A stretch of 64,000 nt of DNA from Candidatus Poribacteria bacterium (GTDB lineage Bacteria > Poribacteria > WGA-4E > WGA-3G), in contig OY730443.1 in assembly GCA_963422705.1 (NCBI GenBank), positions 2,910,956 to 2,974,955 on the forward strand. Reading direction: 5' to 3'. Made by a program: the position numbers and the translations under genes. The notes below the pieces were generated by a model. It saw nothing but the letters and a program-made list of their open reading frames with translations, was not told the origin of the DNA and did not search any database. Shown in pieces: positions 30,235 to 38,811 of the stretch. The number at the start of each line of letters is the position of its first letter. Within the stretch, counting starts at the first letter, position 1.

Positions 30235-30366
30235 TGTTCATTAATTCTTTGTATCATGCTCAGACAGATTTCCTCCCCGGGGCCACCATTATTTCGCTCA
30301 AGCGAACCGAGCCGCAATTTTCCTCACGAGCAGCGAATCTGACAGGCCTCTTATCCGGCTAACCTC

Positions 30367-32403
30367 CTAATTAAATCCGCCACCCATCATGCTCAGCATT
30401 TGAATCAATTGTTTGAAATCGCCCAACGTGAGGAGGAGTTTCGTGTCAATGCCCGCATCTTGCACTTTGGCAGCGAAACCGATGCTATAACTATCCGGTA
30501 AATTCATCATCATCCCTTCAAGCATTTGCATTGCCGCTGCAGCACTCGGTTCTGCCATTGAAATTAAAGGGAGCGCACTTTTAACCGCGATAATCGGCGA
30601 CATTGCTAAAAAGACGTTGTTCGTCGTGCCTAATTTCTCAGCGAGGTGCTGATAACTCTGATTTTCTCCAAGGGTAGCGCCTGTGCCTGACATCCGGTCC
30701 AAAGCATTTTTAATCGATTCCGAGCTGGCTCCCACAGACTGCAACAGCTGTCCTTCGTGAAAAGCGTAGTAAAAGTTAAACGCTTGCGGCATCATTTGGG
30801 ACATGGCTGGTGGCATATCCTGAAAGGCAGTAGTGAAATTGGGAAAAAGGTAACTTTTAATTTCCACACCGTTGTGCATTTCAGGGGTTCCCGCCTGGGC
30901 ATCCTTATACAAATTAGGGGTTTGCATCGTACTTAGGAATCCTAGGAAGAATTGCTGTGATGTCTGTAATGTCTGTAATTGCTCAAAAAATGTTTCCTCC
31001 ATATAGGTTCTCGCCTTTTTTTCATCTTGTAAGTCAAGGACGTTAAGATAAGCTGGAAGCAAACTATCCTCGAAGTTCATGGTGAAGCTGTTACTCCCGC
31101 TAATTGCCTCATAAAATGGTGCCCTCATTTGAAGTAACTGTTCCAGATGTTTTTCAGCTTCTGGTCCTTCTCCAAGAAGCTTTAAGGAGACCTTTTCAAG
31201 CTGAAGCATCAAGTCTGGCACCATCTGCAGTGCGCCATTGATGAACGCGCGTTCCGGGAGTGCGCCGAGGCCAGTTAATTCTTGCGGTACTCCTTTTAGA
31301 TATTTTTGAATCTCGCTATCGCTTTTGAATCCGAGGTGAGATGCCATTTGCACATCTGTCTCTTCAAGTTGAAGGGTGAAACGCAGCGATTTTAACTGTT
31401 CAATGCCGACTATCACAATTCCGAGCATCTTTTCAAATAGAGAACCGGCCCCCATTGACGCCGGGTCACTTTGCATGCTGTCAACCATCGATTTCATCTC
31501 TTCCCGAAGCTCAGCAATCATCATGGGTGCGATGGTTTCCAAGTCAAGGTAAGCTGTCAGGAGATTATCGGCTTGCAAGGCGTCGGTGAGAAGTGAGGCG
31601 TAATCGGAATTCATGGTGACAGCCGGTGCCATCCCTTTATGGGTATCAATCGCATTTTCACAAACAGCCGCCTGTTGCGAAAAAACGAGGATGTCTTCCA
31701 AAATCGCGAAGCTGCCGCCACCGCCCGCTGCGCTCCAATACGTTACACCGTTATGGGTGACAGGCTTACTCCCCTCCGCTTCCGCCTCAATGACTTGCAT
31801 TATCGCTTCAGGTTCAGTTAGATGGACTACTGCCGAAATTATCGGTGGTTCCAGACTCGTGAAAAAAATTGAAAAATCCCTATTTAAATCAATCCCAATT
31901 TCTTCAAGTTCCGCGAGGCTCTCAAATCCGGCACCAAACGTATCGGCTAGGATACTGGCGAGAAGTTCTGGCGGCGCTGCGGATGGCAGCAGCTCAGCAG
32001 CTATTGCGTTAAGCCGGGTGTCTAATTGATGCAAACTGGGGCAATAAAACAGCCCTAAGCTCTCCTCAGGAATTAGATGTAAAACACTACCGTCAGGCAC
32101 CGTCGGTAGTGGTATTACTACTGCTTCGGGCGAATCTTCGGGTATATTCTCTGCTTTTACGAGTTCTGCTTCCTGTGAATCTTCGGGCATATCCTCTGCT
32201 TTTACGAGTTCTACTTCCTGGGAACCTTCCGGCATAACCCCTTCTCTTTTTTCTGATTCGTCCGATTCAGCTTCAGCCGTGTGTGCTTCCAGCGAAGTTG
32301 GTGGCGTCTCTTTTGAACCACATGCGATGAACAAAAACGGCGTTAAGAATGAAAAGAGGATAAGAATCAAAAACAGACATTTCTTCATGATAGATTTCTC
32401 CAA
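30367..32403 (-). CDS. hypothetical lipoprotein with acidic 15-aa repeats
   Basis: 678 aa with lipobox FIACG. The N-terminus carries MPE(G/D)SQE(V/A)ELVKAE repeats (45-nt DNA repeat at 32133-32235). No family assigned. Confidence 0.6.
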   Translation of the reverse strand: MEKSIMKKCLFLILILFSFLTPFLFIACGSKETPPTSLEAHTAEAESDESEKREGVMPEGSQEVELVKAEDMPEDSQEAELVKAENIPEDSPEAVVIPLPTVPDGSVLHLIPEESLGLFYCPSLHQLDTRLNAIAAELLPSAAPPELLASILADTFGAGFESLAELEEIGIDLNRDFSIFFTSLEPPIISAVVHLTEPEAIMQVIEAEAEGSKPVTHNGVTYWSAAGGGGSFAILEDILVFSQQAAVCENAIDTHKGMAPAVTMNSDYASLLTDALQADNLLTAYLDLETIAPMMIAELREEMKSMVDSMQSDPASMGAGSLFEKMLGIVIVGIEQLKSLRFTLQLEETDVQMASHLGFKSDSEIQKYLKGVPQELTGLGALPERAFINGALQMVPDLMLQLEKVSLKLLGEGPEAEKHLEQLLQMRAPFYEAISGSNSFTMNFEDSLLPAYLNVLDLQDEKKARTYMEETFFEQLQTLQTSQQFFLGFLSTMQTPNLYKDAQAGTPEMHNGVEIKSYLFPNFTTAFQDMPPAMSQMMPQAFNFYYAFHEGQLLQSVGASSESIKNALDRMSGTGATLGENQSYQHLAEKLGTTNNVFLAMSPIIAVKSALPLISMAEPSAAAAMQMLEGMMMNLPDSYSIGFAAKVQDAGIDTKLLLTLGDFKQLIQMLSMMGGGFN

Positions 32404-32484
32404 TTTGTTTTTCGGTGTGAGGTAACAGCGGAACTCACTTATCTGAAAGCGTTGCGAGCCGGTGCTCGGATTTCCAAAGAAAAT

Positions 32485-33579
32485 TCATTGATTGAGGTTG
32501 ATTTTAGATATCTTCTCTTGTAGGGCGTCGATCTCGGCATTGGAAGTGAGGACACCGATTTCGACTTCGTAGTGTTTCCGTCCCCCGGGTTCAATATGCT
32601 GTAAGGTACCTTGCGCGCGCGCCCTTTCTCCGCCATCAACCCAGCAATTTGATGGCTCCAATCCCATGACATAAGTGCCTTCGCCGCACATTTTCCACTG
32701 AACAAAGTTTGGGAATTGTGTTTTGTGGTATCGGACGGATACACCAATTCCCTGGCCGTTGTTAAAAGAGCGGTTGACTAATGCTACGTGGATGTGATTA
32801 TCCACATCAGGTTCCATGGTGTGGTAGTAAACTTCTTCTTGAAAATCGACGGTAGGAGGCTCCCCGCGGTTGTAATTATTCAAGGTTTGAGCGGCTTGTT
32901 CGTCTCGCGGTGTGATTTGTGTTGAAGGGGCAAGGAATTCGCTTCCTGCTGCGAGAATAGGGAAGCCGACATTAATATGGAAGAGGTACATATGCGGGGA
33001 ATCTTGGTATCCCAAGTTTTCTACCACGTCCTCAATATGCAATGTACGCGAGCCTAATTCCGTCCAAATCCGCCGCGTCCTACAGAGGTTCTCACCTAAA
33101 GCAGCGGTTTCAATGGCCTTGCCTTGTGTCCATAGGATATACCTGTCACCTTCCCAACGCCCATCAACCCACACATTTTGGGCGGGTATGTTTGAGATTC
33201 TGCCGTGGAGCCCTAATGCTTCATCGTTATCGTGCGAGGGTGGGCCAACATGCCGCAGGCCACAGGTTGTCAGCAACCCCCCGGAGAAACTGCGAAGCCA
33301 GCCAAGTCCCTGGGGTTCATAATGAGCTGAGTTGACATCGCCAGTGCTTGAACGCCAACAGAGCGGGATACCCTGATATTCCGCGTAAGAGATATCCAAT
33401 CCGCGCCCCGGTAGAACGGTGAAGTTTAAGCCGGAGCCCGTCCGGAAATCAATCGCATCAACCCCTTTTTCAGAACCATCTGTGAGTTCATATTGTTTGA
33501 CATGCGCGAGCTGTGAGATATCCCCAACGTGGCGAAGCAGTTGTATTCTATCATACCTTGCTCCATATAGGTTGATCAA
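32485..33579 (-). CDS. aldose 1-epimerase family protein (DUF4432-like)
   Basis: 364 aa with an N-terminus and GLHGR block typical of DUF4432/galactose mutarotase-like proteins. Confidence 0.75.
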   Translation of the reverse strand: MINLYGARYDRIQLLRHVGDISQLAHVKQYELTDGSEKGVDAIDFRTGSGLNFTVLPGRGLDISYAEYQGIPLCWRSSTGDVNSAHYEPQGLGWLRSFSGGLLTTCGLRHVGPPSHDNDEALGLHGRISNIPAQNVWVDGRWEGDRYILWTQGKAIETAALGENLCRTRRIWTELGSRTLHIEDVVENLGYQDSPHMYLFHINVGFPILAAGSEFLAPSTQITPRDEQAAQTLNNYNRGEPPTVDFQEEVYYHTMEPDVDNHIHVALVNRSFNNGQGIGVSVRYHKTQFPNFVQWKMCGEGTYVMGLEPSNCWVDGGERARAQGTLQHIEPGGRKHYEVEIGVLTSNAEIDALQEKISKINLNQ

Positions 33580-33699
33580 ATTAAGATTCTCCTGTGTTTA
33601 GATTCCATAAATAAGGACGTGCCAATAACTCAAGCTTACACACGAATTATAGCATAAAAGCGTCATAAAATACAAGTTTTTTGTCGTTTGAGTTTTCAG

Positions 33700-33728
33700 T
33701 TGACTTCATTTATGCGGTATGGTATATT
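33700..33728 (+). promoter_or_regulatory. sigma70-like promoter TTGACT-17-TATATT
   Basis: TTGACT at 33700-33705, a 17-nt spacer, TATATT at 33723-33728. It points toward the tnpB remnant and sulfur-carrier cassette. Confidence 0.4.
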
Positions 33729-33825
33729 TAATGTTTAAAGTAAATTCTCGGCTGCCGTCGCGCACCACTGAATTACTTTTTCATAGCCACTTCACCGCTC
33801 AGACGAAGATGGATTCAATTCTAGC

Positions 33826-34146
33826 TTGACGTCTCGTCGCAGACGGAGGATGGTTAATTCTTGGCATTATTTTGAAGGGACTCCCTTTCAAACCTGCCCG
33901 TCTTGCGGACATAGAAAGAAACCGAGTCGTAGGACTTACCATTGTCGCCAATGCGAGTGGCAAGGACACAGAGACGTTGTAGGTGCGAGTAACATTCTGA
34001 CAACGTATCAGGGTTTTATTCCAAACCCTGTAGTTGGGGCAGTGGTATCCCCCGTAGGTATTCGATATAATCCGAACCTATGTAGACTTGATAAGTGGAC
34101 ACCGTTTCCGGGACTCAAATCAAGTCAGCTTTCCAAGAGAAGGTAA
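33826..34146 (+). pseudogene. tnpB: tnpB (IS200/IS605 family) 3' fragment: zinc ribbon + RuvC-III only
   Basis: The fragment has CPSCGH..(12)..CRQCEWQGHRDVVGASNIL, which parallels CRDCGF..CPACGSHHDRDINAARNIL of the intact TnpB at 62827-63936. The N-terminal ~250 aa (WED/REC/RuvC-I/II) are absent. Confidence 0.75.
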
Positions 34147-34179
34147 GAAGAACACGCCTTTAGGCGTTGTGAGTATCAC
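34139..34179 (+). repeat. IS200/IS605-type right-end terminus, copy 1 (hairpin + GTGAGTATCAC)
   Basis: GCCTTTAGGCGTTGTGAGTATCAC (34156-34179) is identical to 35939-35962. About 17 further nt upstream are similar. It is analogous to the terminus ..CCACGCTTTCGCGTGTGGGTGCTATCAC downstream of the intact tnpB. Confidence 0.7.
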
Positions 34180-34276
34180 AAAGGAATGGTTTTAGCTTCA
34201 TAATACCGGCGCGGCTTTAGCACAAGCAGAAAACGACAATCGTTGAAGTCCGCCATTCACTTAAGGCAATTCCATC

Positions 34277-34534
34277 ATGAATTTTCCCAATATTACGCCT
34301 GACGGCGTTTTTGACCTGGATGAACTAAGCTGCGGTGACCTGATTATCGCACTACTAAGGGCCATGCGTTCTCTTGAGCCGGGACAGATAGCACAAATCC
34401 GAGCAGTGGACACGGGCGCCCCGGTGGACATCGCGGCATGGTGTAACATGAAAGGCAATAAACTTCTCGCAGATTGCTGTGGTGAAGACAATGCCTATTT
34501 TTTTATAAAAAAAGGAGAGCTTTCTAATGGCTAA
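34277..34534 (+). CDS. TusA/SirA-like sulfur-carrier protein
   Basis: 85 aa with a TusA-like fold signature: a conserved Cys near the N-terminus (DELSCGDLI) and the ..AWC.. block. It overlaps the dsrE-like start by 8 nt. Confidence 0.7.
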   Translation: MNFPNITPDGVFDLDELSCGDLIIALLRAMRSLEPGQIAQIRAVDTGAPVDIAAWCNMKGNKLLADCCGEDNAYFFIKKGELSNG

Positions 34535-34886
34535 GCTCATGATTAGCATAACGCATGGGAAAGATAACACCGACAAAGCCACAGTCGGTTTTGTTGTGGC
34601 AAACGCATCCGTCGCTTCCGGTGTTGAGACGGTTGTATTCCTCAGTACGGATGGGGTATATCTCTCGAAAAACGGCTACGCCGATGATATTCACGAGGAA
34701 GGCTTTGCCCCCTTAAAACAGCTGATGGCGGATTTCGCAGAATTCGGCGGTACGATTTGGGTGTGCTCACCCTGTTTCAAAAAACGGGCACTTGATGAAA
34801 ACAACATTGTCGATGCCGCTACAATTGTTGGGGGCGCCAAGGCGGTTGAATTCTTAACAACAGGTGCTTCTTGTATCACCTATTGA
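34527..34886 (+). CDS. DsrE/DsrF-like family protein
   Basis: 119 aa with a DsrE-like pattern (ISITHGKDN.., VVFLSTDGV, VCSPC). Confidence 0.7.
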   Translation: MAKLMISITHGKDNTDKATVGFVVANASVASGVETVVFLSTDGVYLSKNGYADDIHEEGFAPLKQLMADFAEFGGTIWVCSPCFKKRALDENNIVDAATIVGGAKAVEFLTTGASCITY

Positions 34887-35024
34887 CACCGGAAAAAGGA
34901 GTTGCTGCCACGGCTGGTAGAAACTTCTTTCCGGGATGGGTTTCATCCCAAATCTGATGCTGCAACAACCTGGGCTTGGAAACTGCGCCCTTGGCCCTGT
35001 GGGAGCAAACCTCTGATTGGGATT

Positions 35025-35096
35025 CCTCCACCTACAAGCGAGTGGATTTCCAAAAGCGCCGTCTTTTAATAAGATATCCCTACCTTGTAGGTGAGG
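35025..35096. repeat. imperfect inverted repeat CCTCCACCTACAAG ... CTTGTAGGTGAGG (45-nt spacer)
   Basis: Read directly, in the 280-nt gap between the dsrE-like gene and the TusA-OsmC gene. Confidence 0.7.
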
Positions 35097-35166
35097 CTTT
35101 CACCAAAAAACTTCACTTCCCACAATTCTAGAACATTAAAACACTTATCCTAATAGACAACACAGA

Positions 35167-35907
35167 ATGCGAGAAGAAGATTTAAAAGCACCCGACGCGC
35201 TTCAGACACTTAATATATGTGAAGGTGGAAATCTTGACTGCGGCTCCGGACTCTTGCTCCTCATTCGTAAATCGATGGAAGACGTGCCGGATGGGGAGGT
35301 ACTGGAAATTCGCAGTACTGAGATAAGCGTCAAGGAAGACTTGCCGGCGTGGTGTCGGATGACGAAAAACCCGTATCTTGGATGGCGCCCTGCAACGGAA
35401 CATAACAAATACTTTGTCCTGCGCGGTGAAGCCGAACAGGACGCACATCTTGCCTACCAGCAAGCCCGAGATTACCGGTGGACTACCCGAACCCATTGGG
35501 ACGGCGGCATGCAGGGGAAGGTTTTCTGCCGGAACCATGCCTGGCAGGTGGGACAGCCTGCCAGTTTTGACGTGCAGGATACGGCACCCAGTGCTGTCGA
35601 GTATGTCCTCGGCGCACTCGGGGCATGTTTAGCGATGGGACTTCAGATTCGGGCTTCGCAGCAGAACGTGGAAATTGAGGAACTGGAGATTTCGTTAAGC
35701 GCCCAGATCGATAATATCTTCGTATTTATCGGCACCGAGCAAGATGGACATAGCGGTTTCAAACAGATTGTGGGGACAATTTACGTCGCATCCGATGCAG
35801 ACGAGGACGTTTTGGAGCAGCTTTGGAAAGAGACAGTCGCCGCATCCCCGGTGACGAATACGTTAGCAAGCAACATTGAGATGGACGTTGCATTGCGGGT
35901 GATTTAA
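35167..35907 (+). CDS. TusA-like domain fused to OsmC/Ohr-family domain
   Basis: The N-terminal ~75 aa parallel the 34277 gene (NLDCGSGLLLLI.., ..PAWC..). The C-terminal ~130 aa are OsmC-like (APSAVEYVLGALGACL..). Confidence 0.65.
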   Translation: MREEDLKAPDALQTLNICEGGNLDCGSGLLLLIRKSMEDVPDGEVLEIRSTEISVKEDLPAWCRMTKNPYLGWRPATEHNKYFVLRGEAEQDAHLAYQQARDYRWTTRTHWDGGMQGKVFCRNHAWQVGQPASFDVQDTAPSAVEYVLGALGACLAMGLQIRASQQNVEIEELEISLSAQIDNIFVFIGTEQDGHSGFKQIVGTIYVASDADEDVLEQLWKETVAASPVTNTLASNIEMDVALRVI

Positions 35908-35921
35908 GCGCACGATACGAG

Positions 35922-35962
35922 GAAGCAAAGAAGCACAAGCCTTTAGGCGTTGTGAGTATCAC
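35922..35962 (+). repeat. IS200/IS605-type right-end terminus, solo copy 2
   Basis: A 24-nt exact match to 34156-34179 plus similar upstream bases. It supplies the last 6 codons and the stop of the truncated DUF3179 reading frame on the opposite strand. Confidence 0.7.
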
Positions 35963-36644
35963 TAGCGAACCTGTCATCGGTGTAGTTCATTCCGCTCACA
36001 CCTAAGTGTTTACTCGCATGATAGTCGGCATAAACATCTTGCCTTTCGCTTTCGCACGTCCTATTCTTAGATGTGACAGATAATACTTGTGTCGTTGGGT
36101 AGCTTAATTCCCAGGTGCTCCAGGCAATCTGTGGCATGGCAGCCAGGCGTTTTAACCGTTTGCCCTTGAGTTTTCCCCGGACGGCTTCACCCGTAATATA
36201 TCACCAGAACGAGTGGGTTTGATGTTCATACATTAAGAGCGCGTCGCGCCACAGCTTCCCGCTGACGCCGAAGGTATAGGTATTTCCATCCAACTTGCGA
36301 CTATACACGATAGCGGTTTTGCACAATGGACACCAGGTGGTTGCAATTTTCTGTGCACCCACAACGTCATTGACAATTTCATGTCCGTTTAGCAGATAAA
36401 GGGAGTAGGCCTGGCTTTCCTCGTTAAAACTAACACCGATGACTGGCGCGTCCGCCTCTAATTTTGCCTTATCCGCTGAAACGAATTGCGGCTCGAGGAT
36501 GGCAGGAATGGCATCAAACGGGAGCAACGTTCGAATCGCGTCATTTTATGCGGTTGCGGTTTGCTCCGGTGCGAAAAAAAGCACGGACATAATGAAAAAT
36601 AGGATAACAAAAGGAATCTGAATTCTCGACATGATGCGCCTCAT
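35943..36644 (-). pseudogene. DUF3179 family gene, decaying (two in-frame stops, 3' truncation)
   Basis: A signal peptide MRRIMSRIQIPFVILFF.. (ATG 36644) is followed by in-frame TAA at 36545-36547. DUF3179 blocks follow (..TWCPLC.., GVSGKLW, ..W*YITGEAVRG..) with in-frame TGA at 36201-36203. The frame then runs into the IS right-end repeat. Confidence 0.7.
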
Positions 36645-36731
36645 TTTTATAAGCTCCTCATTTCTATCAGTTGTCGGCTAAAAAGTTGATAACGCGTTGT
36701 ATATCTATCCGGCAGGTACCGGTTTTCACTT
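36543..36731 (-). repeat. duplicated 5' region (upstream sequence + signal peptide), copy A
   Basis: Near-identical by eye to 38641-38811, apart from one small indel and a few substitutions (including CAA->TAA). Confidence 0.85.
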
Positions 36732-38741
36732 GTCGTTCGTTTTCCTTTCGCCGAAGTGACTGGCAACAGCGACGAGGTCCAGAATGTCCACGGTGCCATC
36801 GCCATTGACATCGGCACGCGGGTTAGCAGGCGCGGCTGTACCGAAGTTTTGGGCGACTGCCGTTAGATCCAGAATGTCTACATTGCCATCCTCATTCACA
36901 TCCCAAGTGGAAATTGTTTGGTATCTGTAGAAGTAATTATCCAGATTAGCTCTCAATCCGGCAATTGGGGAGAAATCGAATATATGGTTGTCTTGAAGAT
37001 TCAAGTCTGTCAGGTTTACCAACCCTTTTAGCGGCGATATATCAGATATCTGATTGTACCAAAGCCACAACCTTGTTAGGCTTACCAACCCTTGGAGCAC
37101 CGAGATATCAGATATCCGGTTGTAGGAAAGATTCAAGTCTGTCAGGTTTACCAACCCTTGGAGCACCGAGATATCAGATATATGGTTGTCTTGAAGATTC
37201 AAGTCTGTCAGGTTTACCAACCCTTGGAGCACCGAGATATCCCATATCTGGTTGTACCAAAGCCACAACCTTGTTAGGCTTACCAACCCTTGGAGCACCG
37301 AGATATCAGATATCCGGTTGTAGGAAAGATTCAAGTCTGTCAGGTTTACCAACCCTTGGAGCACCGAGATATCAGATATATGGTTGTCTTGAAGATTCAA
37401 GTCTGTCAGGTTTACCAACCCTTGGAGCACCGAGATATCCCATATCTGGTTGTTCTCAAGATTCAACCTTGTCAGATTTGTTGCAAACTCAAGTCCGGTT
37501 AGATTGCTAATTCGGGAATCAGGCGCCTCAAGCCCTTCTAAGCTGGCCATCTCCGCCTGCGTGATGGCCGCCCCTGCATCTTTGTCTAACGCGGACTCAA
37601 GGGTATCGCGTAGAGTCGCGTCGGGAATGTCTACATTATTCACATCCCAGGTGGGAAATTGGTTCCTTTGGTTGCTATTGCTGTAGCTATACAGATTATT
37701 TATCAATTCGGCAATTGGGGAGAAATCCGATATCTGGTTGTCGGCAAGCTCCAAGTCTGTCAGGCTTACCAACCCTTGTATCGGCGAGATATCAGAGATA
37801 GTGTTCCAGGTAAGACTCAAGTCTGTCAGGCTTACTAACCCTTGGAGCGGCGAGATATCAGATATCTTGTTGCGGGAAAGAGACAACTCTGTCAGGCTTA
37901 CCAACCCTTGGAGCACCGAGATATCAGAGATAGCGTTATTGTCAAGCTCCAAGTCTGTCAGGCTTACCAACCCTTGGAGCGGCGAGATATCAGATATATG
38001 GTTGTTGTAAAGCGACAACGTTGTCAGGCTTACCAACCCTTGGAGCGCAGAGATATCAGATATCTTGTTGTTGTGAAGCTTCAATTCTGTCAGGTTTACC
38101 AACCCTTGGAGCGCAGAGATATCTGAGATTTCGTTGTCGGAAAGCGACAACGTTGTCAGGTTTACCAACCCTTGGAGCGCAGAGATATCTGAGATTCCAT
38201 TTTCCCAAAGCTTCAATTCTGTCAGGTTTACCAACCCTTGGAGCGCAGAGATATCAGATATCTGGTTGTTGTAAAGATTCAACTCTGTCAGTTTTACCAA
38301 CCCTTGAAGCGCCGAGATATCTGAGATATAATGGTTGTGGTCAAGCTTCAATTCTGTCAGGTTTACCAACCCTTGGAGCGCAGAAATATCTGAAATATCG
38401 TTGCCGTAAAGATACAACGTTTTCAGTTTTACCAACCCTTGAAGCGCCGAGATATCTGAAATATCGTTCCAGGAAAGATCCAACCTTGTCAAATTGGTTG
38501 CAAACTCAAGTCCGGTTAGATTGCTAATTCCGGCAGAACCCCCATCAAGCCAGTCTAAGCTGGCCATCTCCGCCTGCGTGATGACTGGCCCAAACTTGGA
38601 CTGAAGGCCACGGCGTAGAGTCGCGTCTGGAATGTGTACGTTTTGTGCGGTTGCGGTTTGCTCCGGTGCGAAAAAAAGCACGGACATAATGAAAAATAGG
38701 ATAACAAAAGGAATCTGAATTCTCGACATGATGCGCCTCAT
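36726..38741 (-). CDS. secreted leucine-rich-repeat protein with C-terminal dockerin-like pair
   Basis: Signal peptide MRRIMSRIQIPFVILFFIMSVLFFA. Two blocks of 22-aa LRRs follow (LQGLVxLTxLxLxxNxISDIS). The C-terminus has DVNEDGNVDILDL...DVNGDGTVDILDL. I start at the internal ATG 38741; the track ORF extends to 38999. Confidence 0.85.
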   Translation of the reverse strand: MRRIMSRIQIPFVILFFIMSVLFFAPEQTATAQNVHIPDATLRRGLQSKFGPVITQAEMASLDWLDGGSAGISNLTGLEFATNLTRLDLSWNDISDISALQGLVKLKTLYLYGNDISDISALQGLVNLTELKLDHNHYISDISALQGLVKLTELNLYNNQISDISALQGLVNLTELKLWENGISDISALQGLVNLTTLSLSDNEISDISALQGLVNLTELKLHNNKISDISALQGLVSLTTLSLYNNHISDISPLQGLVSLTDLELDNNAISDISVLQGLVSLTELSLSRNKISDISPLQGLVSLTDLSLTWNTISDISPIQGLVSLTDLELADNQISDFSPIAELINNLYSYSNSNQRNQFPTWDVNNVDIPDATLRDTLESALDKDAGAAITQAEMASLEGLEAPDSRISNLTGLEFATNLTRLNLENNQIWDISVLQGLVNLTDLNLQDNHISDISVLQGLVNLTDLNLSYNRISDISVLQGLVSLTRLWLWYNQIWDISVLQGLVNLTDLNLQDNHISDISVLQGLVNLTDLNLSYNRISDISVLQGLVSLTRLWLWYNQISDISPLKGLVNLTDLNLQDNHIFDFSPIAGLRANLDNYFYRYQTISTWDVNEDGNVDILDLTAVAQNFGTAAPANPRADVNGDGTVDILDLVAVASHFGERKTNDK
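37040..37474 (-). repeat. 198-bp (66-aa, 3 LRR) tandem duplication inside the LRR gene
   Basis: The unit starting at 37079 repeats at 37277 and looks identical by eye for about 175 nt. The encoded 66 aa are repeated exactly. Confidence 0.85.
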
Positions 38742-38811
38742 TTCTCTCAGTTGTCGGCTAAAAAGTTGATAACGCGTTGTATATCTATCCGGCAGGTGCC
38801 GGTTTTCACTT
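38641..38811 (-). repeat. duplicated 5' region (upstream sequence + signal peptide), copy B
   Basis: See copy A at 36543-36731. Confidence 0.85.

Noticed and set aside
36965-38527. The highly periodic repeats could be mistaken for a CRISPR-like array. Two long plus-strand ORFs lie here (36965-37510, 38021-38527), along with several shorter ones.
   Set aside because: The period is 66 nt, matching 22-aa LRR units of the minus-strand gene. There are no unique spacers, and the repeat-encoded protein is a canonical LRR. The plus-strand ORFs are antisense artefacts of the repeat.
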